Source: Octopus sinensis
Lineage: Eukaryota
Length of the DNA stretch: 64,000 nucleotides
Assembly (NCBI RefSeq): GCF_006345805.1
Contig: NC_042997.1
Span: 205,344,001 to 205,408,000, forward strand
Direction: 5' to 3'
Shown: one piece after another, positions 23,820-37,369 of the stretch
How the letters are laid out: every line of letters begins with the position of its first letter
Numbering within the stretch: position 1 is the stretch's first letter
Made by a program: the position numbers and the translations under genes
Notes under the pieces: model-generated
What the model saw: only the letters and a program-made list of their open reading frames with translations
The model's database searches: none
Told to the model about the DNA's origin: nothing

Positions 23820-25092
23820 ACTGGTACTATGTTTGCTAAGGCGAGATCTTTGTAACTCATCTTTGAAGTAGCCTGCAGAAAAATATCATAAAAGTGGTCC
23901 TTCTGTACATTTGGTAGGCCCACTTGTGAGGTGTAGGCAAATATAATTGTAGCTATACAATTCTGCAAAACTAGCCCGAACTTAAGTATTCTATCATCAT
24001 CATCATCATCATCATCATTTAACATCCGCTTTCCATGCTAGCATGGGTTGGACGGTTCAACTGGGGTACTAGTGGAGCACTAAGAGCACCTTCTGAGCAT
24101 GATCATTGCCAGGGCAGCTGACTGGCTCTTGTGCTGGTGGCACGTGAAAAGCACCATTCAAGCATGATCATTACCAGCACTGCCTTATTGGCACTTGTGC
24201 CAGTGGCACCTGAAAAAATATTCGAGTGAGGTTGTTGCCAGTGCAGCTGGACTGGCACCTGTGCAGGTGGCATGTAAAAAATGCCATTTGAGCATGGCCG
24301 TTGCCAGTACCGCCTAACTGGCACCTCGTGCCGGTGGCACGTTAAAGCATCCAGCTGTAGGAACTCTGCCAGATCAGATTGGAGCCTGGTGCAGCCATCT
24401 GGTCCGCCAGTCCTCAGTCAAATTGTCCAACCCATGCCAGCATGGAAAGCAGACGTTAAACGATGATGATGATGATATACATACGCATATGCATATATAT
24501 ATACAGAGAGTGAATATATAAAGTCAATCTACACATCCATCAAGAGATCTGAAGCATAAACATAAAAAAAATATCATGGTGAGATGAAATAAAAACAAAA
24601 GCAATCAGAGAGTGCCAAGGCAACACCAGCGTCCTCTCAACGATTGGTCAGAGATGATTTTTGAAATGAGAATATCTGAAATAAACTCGACTGCTCTCAC
24701 AAACGAAAATACTAAAAATGGACCCTTCGCTTTCAAAAATTAAGTAAAAAAAAAAGAGGAAAACGTAATCCAGAATCCTTGTCTGGTACCAGATTAGTTT
24801 GTGCTAGCCATGGTGCCAAACATCCCTGAAAGTTTTATCCGGATCCATTCAGCGATTCTCGTGATATCTTGTCCACAGACAAACAAACACAACTGAAAGC
24901 AGGGTTGGATGATTTGACTGAGGACTGGCGGACCAGATGGCTGCACCAGGCTCCAATCTGATCTGGCAGAGTTTCTACAGCTGGATGCTTTTATGTGCCA
25001 CCGGCACGAGGGCCAGTTAGGCGGTACTGGCAACAGCCATGCTCAAATGGCATTTTTTAGATGCCACCTGCACAGGTGCCAGTCCAGCTGCA
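23820..25092. mobile_element. cluster of RTE fragments: APE piece (-), head-to-head 3' tails 23993-24475, inverted duplicate 24902-25092
   Basis: Similarity to the 17400-17895 tail and to the APE region at 34850-35000. Confidence 0.75.
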
Positions 25093-25519
25093 AAGCAAAA
25101 AGAAAATGCAGCCAGAAATTCCAAATCTGCGCCTGGAAAAAAGACAAGGGTTTCTATTTTGCCTGTAGAAAGGACGAGAAATGTCACTATATAAAGGACT
25201 AGTATACAAGGCAAATTAATATTAGAGCTATGTATAAATAAAGGGAAAAAAATAAATGCAATGTATTTCAAAATGAAATAAGAGGGTTTTTCTCTCTTTA
25301 TTTCTCCCTGTCCCTCTATTTCCCTTCTTTTTTCCATTATTATTAGAAGACAAAAAATTGATCATCTTTAACTTTAGTTTTGAAATAACTTTATATAAAC
25401 TAGTTTTAAAATCTCAAGTTGTGCCATGCTGAAGTGCTAAAACCAGGATGAAATGATATCATACATAACAACCATAATAATAATAATAATAAAAGAATTA
25501 TATACAAAAATATATAAGG

Positions 25520-26500
25520 CAGTGGTTATTAAACTTTTAGAAGCCGTGGCACACTTGAAGCCTTACAAAAAATTGTGGGCACACTACACACAAAATACTA
25601 AGAAGTATAATGCAAAAGAAATAACTGAAAACAAGGGTATCTACCATTATTCCTCATCTGTTTTGCACTATTGTGAAGTATAAGCCTAGCATGTCTTAGC
25701 AATTTCTTCAATGTTGGGACGTATGTATGATAAACAAACTCTCTTTTCCTTGTCAATAGACTGAAGATTTGTTCTCTTTTTGCACTTGATGTTGGTGAGA
25801 ATGGAAATTCCTAATTCGAATAAATATGATGTTGAAAATTGCAGTAAAATGGCTAAAGCTTTTCAGGATATTGACTGGTATTCTTCTCTGATTGAAATCC
25901 AAAATTTTTCAAGACTAGATTCTTTATATTTAATCTTCAATCCACCATTGGTGGATATAACTGCTAATCTTCTTTGGTTAATGTTAAACTAGCATCATCT
26001 GAAATTTCAATGAATGGATTTCAAATCCAAGCATATTGTTCAGTGTTAAGTGATGGAAAATAATAATTTAATTTATCTTCCAAATTTGTGAAATTTTCAA
26101 GTATTAAAGGAAAGATGTCATTTATGCAAGTTCTACTTATCAAAGGAAACATTTCCAGATTACCCTTAGTAGCACTTTTCTTCCAGATAAGTAGTTTTTT
26201 TCTGAAATGCTTTCATTTTATCAGTAGATATCAAAATGTTTTCTTCATTTCCTTGCATGCTAGTATTCAAAATACTGAGGTGCTGAAATATATTAGCCAA
26301 ATACACTAATCTGCTAATCCAACATTTACATCGAAGGAGCTCACAAAAGTGGTTTTGTTCCATTTCTTCAAAAAACTTGAGTAGCTCTTGTAACTCATAT
26401 ACACGATCAAGTGCTTTCCCTTTTGAAAGCCACCTCTCTGTGCAAAAGCAGGGGTCTGTTTTGTGAATCCATATCAATACAAAACTGCTTGAATAAACAT
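25520..26500 (-). mobile_element. hAT (Charlie/ZBED5-like) transposon, C-terminal transposase remnant
   Basis: ERWLSKGKALDRVYEL...RLVYLANIFQHLSILNTSMQG and RVCLSYIRPNIEEI; terminus CAGTGGTTATTAAACTTTT at 25520. Confidence 0.8.
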
Positions 26501-27840
26501 CACTTTACTAGTCTTGTTTTTATAAAATTTACAATCTCAAAACCTTGATTCAAAACTTTGCTTAATTTGTCTCCTAATGTTTTTGCCATCAATGCTTCTC
26601 TATGAAGAAAGCAGTAAGTTATTGGGCTTCCTGGAGGCAAAACAGCTGAGTTCCTTTTGAGTGTTGGGCCTGATAGAGGTAATGACCAAGACTTTTGGTA
26701 TTATGTCGTGCTTGAGAAAAAGACCCATCAAGCCAAGGAAAATTGCAGCTGTGGCAGATACCAGTTTCATGCAAATTTGCACCCATACCAATGGGACATA
26801 AACCCAACCCAGTGCCATGCAAACAGCACCCACGCTAGTGGCACATAAAAACCCCATTATACTCTCAGAGTGGTTGGCATTAGGAAGGGTATCAAGTCGT
26901 AAAAAAGCATGCCAAATCAGACTGAAACCTGGTACAGCCTTCCAGCATGCCAGCCCAGTCAAACTATCCAACCCAATCCAGCATGGACAACAGATGTTAA
27001 ACAATGATGAAGTTGATATTCCACCCATCTCTGCTATCGATGCTCAAACACAGAATAGGGTTTGCTGACCCCTGCTACTTTGTTGAACTCTTGACCAGAT
27101 CAGATTTTATATTTTGGAGATTTCCACACTCCGACAGGAGGTGAGTTCCACTCAGTTACATTGATATTCTTGGAAAAGACACAGAACAAGAAGCAGAGTA
27201 AGGGGGGGTGCAGACAGAGATTATTGGTGTGGAATTGTGAAATGTGTCTTGATTGTGGCAGCTTGGAAGAAGAGGAAGAAAAGAGTGAAAGGAAGACAGA
27301 CATCACTGACTTCAAATCTGCTGAATCAGAACCGACTCGGGGTTAAATAAGAACAATAAGATCAGCAGCCAAACTGCAAAGAAGACCTTCAGTGTTAGCA
27401 ATTCTTGTAGAGTTGGTTTTGGATACAACAACAACAACAACAAACAAAACATTCTTAGCTTCAAATGTTACAATGGAATATTTCAGAAGCAAGAATTTGG
27501 TGATGGGAAATGGTATAATGAAAGGATAAAGCACAACAAAATATAATGAACAGCATTAAAGGTAGCATGAAGAAAGGTACCCAGGACATGCTGTGAAGTG
27601 GTTGGCATTAGGAATGGCATCCAGCCATAGAAACCATGCCAAAGCAGACACTGGGGTTCAATAAACCCTTGTGGCTCATTGGAGCCAGTCAAAATGTTGC
27701 ACCCATGAAAGTATGGAACAAGGGCAGTAAATTATTATGAGGGTCATTTCTATTTTCTTTTCTTTATTGCGGAATATTGGTTTTTGGTAAATTCCAAGAA
27801 TATCAACATCAAACAACAAACAACAAATACATCAACCAAC

Positions 27841-28068
27841 CTTTGCTATTTCTTTGTCTGGAGGAAAAACAACGAAGTTTACAACTTTGATCTGGTTTGA
27901 ATTTAGATTTGAGTAGCTTTTCACTGCTTCATACATAGTTCTAGGTAGTTTTTCAATGGGGTACTTCAGTACTCCAGATCCTATTATAGGAAATGCAAGG
28001 CTCTTTGCTCCCATTCTCTCAGCATTTTCCAGACAAGTGGTTATTATTTGAGTCAAGTTTGCCAGAAT
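27841..28068 (-). CDS. PARP14/PARP15-like macrodomain, module A exon 3
   Basis: AG/GT bounded, 228 nt, phase 0-0: ILANLTQIITTCLENAERMGAKSLAFPIIGSGVLKYP...VNFVVFPPDKEIAK (macro SxAFPxIGxG motif). Confidence 0.92.
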
Positions 28069-28667
28069 CTAAAAAAAATAATTGTTTAGTAATTGATAAT
28101 GAACATTTTATTAAATTATTTTCTTATTACAGGAAGAAACCATTAAGTTGTAATAAATATATCCTCCTCTCACACCTACCACTTCTAAACACAACTGTCA
28201 TTCCTATCACTCTTTAGTCCTGCAAGGGACAAGGTAACCTCACTCATGTTGCTGCTACAATAAGTCAGACCCCCATCCACCGTGTAAAATGGTTGGTGAA
28301 TGAAGAGAGACAATGCAGACCCAAGAGGAGTCTTTAGTGTTGTTGAGGACATGACAACCTCTCTAGTGCTCGTGCCATGACAGAGAAAAACTCACCAATA
28401 CAGACAGTAAAACAGAGAAATATGTTTTAATATAGTCTTATTTATCAGTCACATAACTGTTGTTAGGCCATGAGGCTTTTTTCCTTCTATTTATATATAA
28501 AAGTGTCCTGTTCATCGATATCTTCTGCTTCCTTCCAACGATAACTTGGAAGAACAAATATTAAACAGGATGCTGACATTTGCTTTATGATTCTCACACA
28601 ACATGCATAAGGTTCTCTTCAAACATTAACTGTTTCAATAAATCAATATCATATGATTGATACTTAC

Positions 28668-28895
28668 TAAATCAGAGGAATTTTCATCCCAGGGAGGTAA
28701 TGCCAGATGAAATACATTCTTACATTTGAGGTTATATCCTTTAGTGATGGCAATTTCTGATGTAGAAATACCTTGAGGATATTTCTGGTTACATTCATCT
28801 TGTATCTGTGGACCAGCAGAATTGAGAATAAATTTGGAGATAGAACCATCATTAAGCTGGAGGATTTTATTGGTGCTGTTAATGATGACATCAAC
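28668..28895 (-). CDS. macrodomain module A exon 2
   Basis: 228 nt, phase 0-0: VDVIINSTNKILQLNDGSISKFILNSAGPQIQDEC...ITKGYNLKCKNVFHLALPPWDENSSDL; GTAAGT donor. Confidence 0.92.
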
Positions 28896-29176
28896 CTACA
28901 AAAGTAATTAATGGTAAACAACTAAGGAACATTCCGCGGAGAGAAGAGAGATACATTGTTGCAGTTGATATTGTTGTTAAGAAAGGCTCTACAGAATGGC
29001 TGTAGTAAGTTTGAGGTTGTTAAAGTTCGCAAAAGATATACTCAGGATATCAGATGTGAAGGAAATAAAATGTTTGAGTTTGATTGAGAAAATGTTTTAA
29101 TTAACTTTAATGATTCCTCATTTGGAAATGAAATAACAATTAAATACAAATATGTTAAGTGAATCTATTTACTCAC

Positions 29177-29313
29177 AGATGCATTAGAAATTGAATCAGT
29201 CATTAGGTTTATTTCAATGCCAGCATTTTCTCCGGATGCCACATTAGTTCTGGGTGTCATAGGGGCTGCTTTCTGTTGTGGACCAGGAAGGGATGGGTTT
29301 GGTGATGCAGTGT
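29177..29313 (-). CDS. macrodomain module A exon 1 (linker plus first strand)
   Basis: 137 nt, phase 1-0: TASPNPSLPGPQQK...GIEINLMTDSISNAS; tttttttcAG acceptor and GTGAGT donor. Confidence 0.85.
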
Positions 29314-30349
29314 CTGAAAAAAATAAACAAATATCAAGGTGTATGTTGTATGTTATGTATACATATCATCATGATGATAATTGTTTAATGCCTGCTTTCC
29401 ATGCGGGCATGGGTTGGATGGTTTCACTGAGGACTGGCAAGCCAGGAGGCTGTACCAGGTTCCAATCTGATCTGGCAAGGTTTTTACAGCTGGATGCCCT
29501 TCCTAACACCAACCACTCCGTGAGTGTTGTGGGCGCATTTTGTGTGCCACTGGCATGTGGGTCAATCAGGCAGCACTGGCACTGACCATGCTAGAATAGT
29601 ACTTTTTATGTGTCACTGGCACGTGAGCCAGTCAGTTGGTAGTAGCATCGACCACACTCGAATGGTGCTTTTTATACATGTATCTATATTCTTTTATTTG
29701 TTTCAGTCATTTCACTGAAGCCATGCTAGAACACCACATCTAGTTGAACAAATCAGCTACAGGACTTACTCTTTGTAAGACTAGTACTGATCTCTCGTGG
29801 TATTGATCTCTCTTGCCGAGCAACTTTGATTTCCAACCTAGCACACATCTAAAACCTGTTTTTACAGTGCAAATTATGATTACTTTATTATTTCATTATG
29901 TATGTCAGCATAGTCTTCCAAGCTGTATGTTTCGAGAAAGAAACTTAAGATCCCTATGCTCAATCCAGCTCTCCCTTTTTCTTACACTCATTTATTATTG
30001 CCATTCAGCCATTCATTCATTTAATTTTGTCATAGTTTGGCTGACTGAAAACTGTTGCTTATAGCTCTAGTTAAGAATGCAAATGTCCAATTCTATCTCA
30101 TTATTATTATTATTATTATTATTATTCCACACCAGCAGCCAGAGTGTTTGCCGTTTCACAGAAGTCTTTATTCTCAGACCTCTATCGGATGTCTTTCCCC
30201 TGAACATTTCCAAAGGCTTAATGCTCTCCCGTCCCTACTTAGGGTTTATCTCCTATGTAATGTAGTGATTATGTAGCACATAAAATGATGGTGTAGTGTA
30301 TGAAGGGTGAAGGCTAATGTATGTTTATGAGTTCAACCAAATGCGAGCT

Positions 30350-31480
30350 TTCTTTTCAGGTACATGATACTGCTGTCCCCCATCCCAGGGTTTCTCAGGC
30401 CCACACCTCCCACATCCATAGGGTTGGCACACTGACAGATAGGTCTGGTGAGATTCTTGAAATGCTCGAGCAGAGACATGTAGATTTGTGCTGCATCCAA
30501 GAAGTAAGGTGGAGAGGAGGTTCTGCTAGGTTCCTCACAGGCAAAGAACATAGGTGTAAGATTTTCTGGGTAGGGAACACACATGGGGTCGGGGGCGTGG
30601 GTATACTTCTTGCAGAGAAATGGGTTGATAAGGTAATCGAGGTAGTCAGAGTCTGTGATAGAATACTAAGGATTAGATTAGTGCTGCAACATGGATTAGC
30701 AACCATTATCTCAGCTTATGCTCCTCAGCCAGGGCTACCAGATGAACAGAAAGACTAATTTTATGACACCCTTCCTCTTGCAGATTACCTTGTGGATGAA
30801 CAACAGGGACCTTCTCTTTGTGGCTGGCAACTTCAATGGACAAGTTGGACAACATGCAAGGGGCTTCCATGGCATACACTGATGCTACGGTTTTGGTTCC
30901 TGTAATGAGGAGGGAACCAGGCTGCTGGAGTTCTACGATGCAAATGATCCTCTGGTTTGTAATGATAACTTCAGGAAACCTGCCAGTCATCTATTCACCT
31001 ACTGATCTGGTGGACACACTAGTCAAAATGATTACACCCTCACCAGGAAATGGGAAAGATGGCTACCTATAAATGCCAAAATGTTCCCATGTCAAGAATG
31101 TACCTCACAACATAGATTAGTAGTTAGTGACTTCAGGATCAGGGCTAAATGGATGCCCAGGAGATGACCAGCATGGACAAGAAGGGTCTGGAAGCTTAAG
31201 GATCTTGTGAATGGATAGAGATTTAGAGACATATTAGTCAAAGCTTTTGACAAAATAGAGGGGGACATAGCATCACATGATGTTGAAGACAACTGGAGGT
31301 TCCAACAGGACAACATGTTGAGGACCACGAAACAGATCTGTGGATGGTGCAAAGTCCCCTCTCGACCCAAGGTAATTTAGTGGTGGAACAATGTAGTTAA
31401 AAGGGCCATTAGGGAAAAGAAACAGGCTTGGAAGGACTGGAAGAATGGTGGTAGCAGTGAATTGTTGCAGGAAGAATGCT
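30350..31480 (+). mobile_element. RTE LINE 5' portion (APE endonuclease), degraded
   Basis: VDLCCIQEVRWRG...GVGILL...IISAYAPQ...GNFNG motifs. Confidence 0.85.
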
Positions 31481-31582
31481 AGAGAAGCACATGATCTATT
31501 ATATACAGATAATTCAGTTCTAAATAAAGTAAAATCTAGAAAGAAAAATTTAACAATAGCATGGATAGATAATAAGAAAGCC

Positions 31583-32613
31583 AGATCTGTTCAATCTGGC
31601 TCACAGATTTTTTATTAATTTTTTTTTAACTAAACAGTTTGAAATTTTGTATACTGGTGAAATTTCTCATGCAGAATATGGTTTACTTTAAACATTTTTG
31701 ACAAAATTTCGTATTTTAGAAGTTATTTCATGTTAAAGTTGTTGCATTTGGGTAACTCTAACCAATCAAAAACATGTATTCAGTTGAAGAAAGCTACTGC
31801 TGTTTGCGATAGTAATTGAAGAGGAACAACTTCCAGGTAATTTCTACTAAATGTCGCCACTCTGCACTATTTTATTTATTGTTTACTGTCCATGTTGCAT
31901 ATTATACACATTTTTTTTTGTTTTAGGTTCTTGCATCGGAGTAACACTGATCAACACGATGAGATATATTATTATTGTTATGATTTTATCTTACTATAAT
32001 CATCAACAAACACTTTTCATCAATATGAAAGTCTCTATTAGATTAAAAATAACATTATAAAAACATGACGGTAAAACAAAATAAATATGCTGTGTTTTCT
32101 TCCAGGCACCAATGTACTGAAGCCGTAGTCTTTCACATTGTTCACCAACCAATCTTTCCTTGAAAAATTCAGCAGAATCAGTCAATCTCCAGTAATTGTA
32201 GTGGTAGAGACAAGTTCACTCACTGGTTGCTAGTTGATAGTGTAGAAGTGGCTGTCTGCCAGTAGGGAGGGAAAGAGTAAGGAATGCATGGTGCTAACTA
32301 GGAAGGAAGAAAGGATAAAGGTGACATTGTCTTCGCTCGACATACGAATAGAACAGAGTGGTGACATTTAGTAGAGATGACCCGTAAGTTGTTCCTCTTC
32401 AATTACTATCACAAACAGCAGTAGCTTTCGTCAACTGAATACACATCGTTGATTGGTTAAAATTACCCAAATACAACAACTTTAACCTGAAATAACTTCT
32501 AAAATATGAAATTTTGTCAAAAATGTTTAAAGTAAACTGTTCTGACTGAGAGATTCTACCAGTATACAAAGTTTCAAAAATTAAAAAATTTGTACGCCAA
32601 ACTGAACAGATGC
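31583..32613. mobile_element. non-autonomous long-TIR DNA element inserted in an R4 RT fragment
   Basis: Inverted arms at about 31583-31867 and 32357-32613; 8-bp duplication AGAAAGCC (31575-31582 and 32614-32621); the flanks rejoin as RKKNLTIAWIDNKKA|YDMILHTWIM. Confidence 0.8.
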
Positions 32614-33124
32614 AGAAAGCCTATGATATGATTCTACACACATGGATAATGAATGTTTGAGAATATTCAGTATTGCAGACAACATAGAGAGACACCTACC
32701 TCTTACCCAGGGACACAGGGTAAGGCCATCTGGTTGCTTTCTGCCATTGCCATCATAATTTAACATCCTCCTTCCATGCTTGCATGAGTTGGATGGTTTT
32801 ACAGAAGCCTGCACCAGACTTCTGTAATTGTCTTGGTTGGATTCTTACAGCTGGATGCCCTTCCTAACACCAACCACTTAGCAGTGCTTTTTACATGGCA
32901 CAATCACAGGTGAGGTCAGTTTTGGCAAGATTTTTACAGCTGGATGCCCTTCCAAATAGCAACCACTTCACAGCGTAGACAGGGTACTTTTTAAGTGGCA
33001 CCAGCAGGGTAACCAAGTAACCTTGCAAGGCAAAGGAGAGGCAGCACTAGAGGAGGGGAGCTTGTGCCAGATGATGAATGGTTGGAGAGAGACAGAAACA
33101 GATGTCTTGCTGTAGAGGAGATAC

Positions 33125-33345
33125 ATGGTTACAGAGAGAGAGAGAGAGAGAGGGGAATTGAAGAAAAGGAGAGAAAGTGAGAGAAAGAGAAGAAGGGGTG
33201 AGAGAGGAGAAGGGGAGAGAGAGAAGAAAGGGAGAGAGAGAGAAGAAAGGGAGAGAGAGAGAAGAAGGGGAGAGAGAGAGAAGAGGGGGAGAGAGAAGAA
33301 AGGGAGAGTGAGAGAAGAAAGGGGAGAGGGAGTGAGAGATAACAT
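33125..33345. repeat. GA-rich polypurine tract
   Basis: Directly visible. Confidence 0.9.
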
Positions 33346-33757
33346 GAAAGAAGGTAGTAACAGATGTTCTGGTGTAAATGAGATGAATGGTTACCTAGTT
33401 GGAAGGAAGAGCAAGGGAAGGAGAGAGGGAGAGAGGGAGAGAGAGGGTGTATGGTTAAGAATGAGAGCAGAAACAGGCATGCTGCTGAAGAGGAGATACA
33501 CGGTTACCCAATGTGAGAGAGAAGACAGAAGGAGGGAGATACGTGGTTACCCTACCAGAGGGAAAGCAAAGGGAGAGAGGGAGAGTGGGAGTGGAAGAGA
33601 GGTGCTAGGGTATCCTGGCAAAGGATAGGGACCATGGCCTAGATGGGATGGTAAAGTAAGAAAGATAGAAGTAAATGGTGGAAGGCCAGGTGCCAGGGCA
33701 CACCCCACAGGTATAGAGGTCATAATAATATTCAATATTAATGAACAAATTATTTAC

Positions 33758-33803
33758 CTTTTGAATGAAATTCTTCAGTTTTTAAGAGATATTCACGAAA
33801 TTT
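33758..33803 (-). CDS. macrodomain gene, linker exon 1 (KFREYLLKTEEFHSK)
   Basis: ttttttgttttaacAG acceptor, GTAAAT donor, 46 nt, phase 0 to 1; this is the phase needed to join 42501 to 29313 in frame. Confidence 0.85.
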
Positions 33804-34539
33804 CTGTTAAAACAAAAAAACAATCAGAATTATTTTTATGCTTAATTTTTTCATTTTTGCAAATAGAAGAGATTTAATATAACAAAAGCATGACAAAATA
33901 TTTGAAATATTTAATGGTTCATTTCTAATCAGTAACAAACAAGAGGGGAAAATTACTTTGTCATTCAGATCAAAGTTATTCTGTGTATGGCCTGCCTGTC
34001 TTCTGAGAGACATGAAACCTATGTCAATATGGTATTATAGTGAATGCAGCAGAAAAAACTCCCACACTTTACATGGCCACTGATGTGATGTTAGTGAAGT
34101 TAAACATGTGGCAATGGTGTCTTCATGTAGCTGAAGTTGTATTGTTTCTTCTCTCCACTCACCATTCTGATTAAAACTGCTGAGTCTTGTGTTTTCTGTT
34201 GAAATGTCTATCAAGAATGTTGAAGTTGAGGTTATTTTTCTTGCATCTCATATGTCCAAAAACATTTCAGTAACAAAACCAGAGTACAAGTGTTGTTGGG
34301 AATTAGTAATAATGGTATACCCTTCCCATGTGACCAATGGAATAACCTAGTCACTGTAAGTAAAGAGAAGTACGTGAAGTACCAGAGTACACGGTAGGTG
34401 GTCAGAGATAGTTGTGTCTTAATTAGTTTTACTAAATATACTGTATCCCAAAATAGGCATTAAAACAATTCAACATTTTAAGAATTATAACAGGATAAAC
34501 CAATTCATGTGGGGTTAATAGAAACTTGAAGAGGAGTTA

Positions 34540-37300
34540 ACAAACTCACAAAAGTTTTAGCTGTGCGAATTTTAGAGTTGGCACCCACAATGTAGACACA
34601 CTGAAAAGTAGGTCTAACTAGATTGTAGAGATACTTGAAAGGAGGCATGTTGAGATATGTTGCATTCAAGGGGTAAGGTGGAAAGGAGCTTCAGTCAGAT
34701 TCCTCACAGGCAAGACTCAAGGGTATAAAATCTTCTGGGAAGGTAACAGTGATGGGGCAAGTGAGGTGGGCATACTTCTAGATAATAAATGGGTGAATAA
34801 GGTCATAGAGGTAGTTAGAATATGTGATAGAATACTTAAGTTCAGGCTGGTCTTACAGAATTGTATAGCTACAATTATATTTGCCTACATCCCACAAGTG
34901 GGCCTACCAAATGTACAGATGGACCACTTTTGTGATATTCTTCTGCAGCCTACTTCAAAGATGAGTGACAAAGATCTCGACTTCATGGCTGGGGGATTCA
35001 AATGGGCATGCCAGATGGCTGCCCAATAATTTCCATGGTGTACATGGGAACCATAGAATTGGTTCCTGAAATGAAAATGGAAAAAGGCTACTGAAGTTCT
35101 GTGATGCAAATAACCAACTGATTTGCAACACCAACTTCAGGAAGCCAATCAGCTACCTGATAACCTATCAGTCAGGTGTTTCTGCTAACCAGATTGATTA
35201 CATCCTGACCAGACAGTGGGATGTATGGTTGCTCTTAAATGCAAAGACTTTCCCTGGTGAAGAATGTACCCCCAGCATAGACTAATCAATAATGTCTTTA
35301 GACTCCAGGCCAGAAGGATGCCAAGAAGCAGACCAATCTGGATAAGAAAAATTTGGAAGCTTAAGGACCCTTCATATGGTCAGAGATTTAGGGACATCCA
35401 AACTGAGAAATCTGATGAGAGGGAGGAGGAGGAGCTACAGACTTGTGACATACAGAGCAACTAGGAATTCCTGTGAGACAGCTTGCTGAGTGCCACAGAC
35501 CAAATCTGCAGCTGGTGTGAAGTCCCTTCCAGACTTAGGGTAACATAGTGGTGGAACGATGCAGTAGACAGGGCCATTAAAGCAAAGAAACAGGCCTGGA
35601 AGACCTGGAGGAGTGGGGATAGCAGGAAACTGTTTAAATTGCCTGAAGGGAAGCTAGGAAGCTAGGAGACAGGTATATCTAGCCAAGGGAGAAGCAGAAA
35701 AGAAGTTTGCCTCTGTTCAGTGATGTGAGGACCAAAGAACTGATGTGTTTCAGATTGTAAGACAGTGAGTGAGATAAAATTGTGATGTTATAGGAGAGAA
35801 ATGTATGTGCATCGATGATGGTGCACTTGAGTTTAATGATTCTGCAAAGAAAGAGGCATGGAAATGCTATTATGAAAGACTGCTGAATGTGGAGAATGAA
35901 TGGGAGGAGGGGAGTCTATCCAAATTGACAGTACCTTGATGGATAAAGCAATTAAGGGTTTGATGACAGGGAAAGCCCCCACCCCATCAGGAATCACTGC
36001 TGAGATGCTTAAAATATCTGGTGGTGTGGGTTATAGTTGAGTTACACGTATTGTAAATCAGGTAGTTCATGAAGGAATCATACTCAATGACTGGTGTAGC
36101 AGCACCATAGTCAACAGCTACAAGGGTAAAGGTGATGATTTAGATAGAAATAATTACAGAGGTATCAAATAGTTGGATCAGGGGATGAGTCATGGAAAGG
36201 GCCGTAGCCCAACTACTTAGGGAGGGAATTAGTTTAGATGAAGTGCAGTTTGGTTTTGTGCCAGGCAGAAGCACCACTGATGCTATATTTCTGGTAAGAC
36301 AGTTGCAGGAGAAATATATAGCCAAAGATAAACCTCTGTACCTGGCTTTTTGTTGACATGGAAAAGATTTTGACAGAATTCTCTGATCCGTTATCTGGTG
36401 GGCAATGCAGAAACTAGGGATAGATGAATGGTTGGTAAGAGTTGTACAAGCCCTGTACAGGGATGCTATCAGTAAGGTGAGTGTTGGTAACGAGTACAGT
36501 GAATAATTCAGGGTGCTCAACCCCGCTTGATCATCATAGTCCTCCAGGTATTAACGGAGGAATTCTAGACAGGCTTCCCCTGGGAGCTCTTCTATGCTCT
36601 CATAGTAGAATCACTACAAGAACTAGAGAAGAAGGTTCAGGTATGGAAGCAAGGTCTAGAATTGAAGAGCTTTAGAGTTGATCTAGCAAAAACCAAAGTC
36701 CTAGTAAGTAGGAAGGCAAACAAATCACAAATCCCTTCAGGTAGATCGCCTTATTTGATCTTTAAAAAAGGCATAGGCAGAAATTCCATAAGATGGACCT
36801 GGTATAAGCTTTGGAAATATAAAAGATGCAGCAATGCCAGAGGAAGGTTAACAGGGAAAAATAGGTTTTGTGTGTGGAAGATGTACAGGTACAATAAGCG
36901 CTGAAAGTGTGCAGAATTTAGGCTCCATCAACTAGGGGTATACCAGAGGTAGTAGATAGCTTCTGTTACCTGGGTGACCAAGTTAGTAGCGAAGATGGAT
37001 ACTCCAAGAGCATAGCTGTGAGAATAAGATTACGCTGGGCAAAGTTCAGAGAGTTCCTACCTCTACTGACAACAAAGGGCATCTCCCTCAGAGTGAAAGG
37101 CAGATTGCATAATGCTTGTGTGTGAACAATTACACTACATGGCATTGAAACATGGGCTGTGATAGCCGAAGACATGTGTAGAGTAGAAAGAAATGAAGCC
37201 AGTATGCTTCCATGCCAGTGTCAGTGTGCATGTCCAACAGAGTAGGACAAATAAAGAAGCACTGTAGAATGCAGATGACAAAATGGTACAGCAAAGGAGA
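34540..37300 (+). mobile_element. near full-length degraded RTE LINE (APE, RT, C-terminus)
   Basis: APE motifs at 34650-35300; GKAPTPSGI, NYRGIK and QFGFVPGRSTTDAIF in the RT; C-terminus homologous to 16600-16900. Confidence 0.85.
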
Positions 37301-37369
37301 AAGAATAAATAGTATGCCATCAGAAGAAATTGGCAATATAACAATGAGGAAATTCATGAAGGTGAAAAT

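Noticed and set aside
25017-25337. IETLVFFPGADLEFLAAF resembling a macrodomain C-terminal strand
   Set aside because: It runs into an RTE tail with no donor site; the similarity is too short to support.
27060-27074. GTTTGCTGACCCCTG as the other end of the hAT at 25520
   Set aside because: Only about 10 of 15 bases match the other terminus and there is no 8-bp target duplication.
34157-34250. Minus-strand GTGAGT donor as a candidate linker exon
   Set aside because: There is an in-frame TGA upstream and no acceptor of the needed phase; exon 33758-33803 fits instead.
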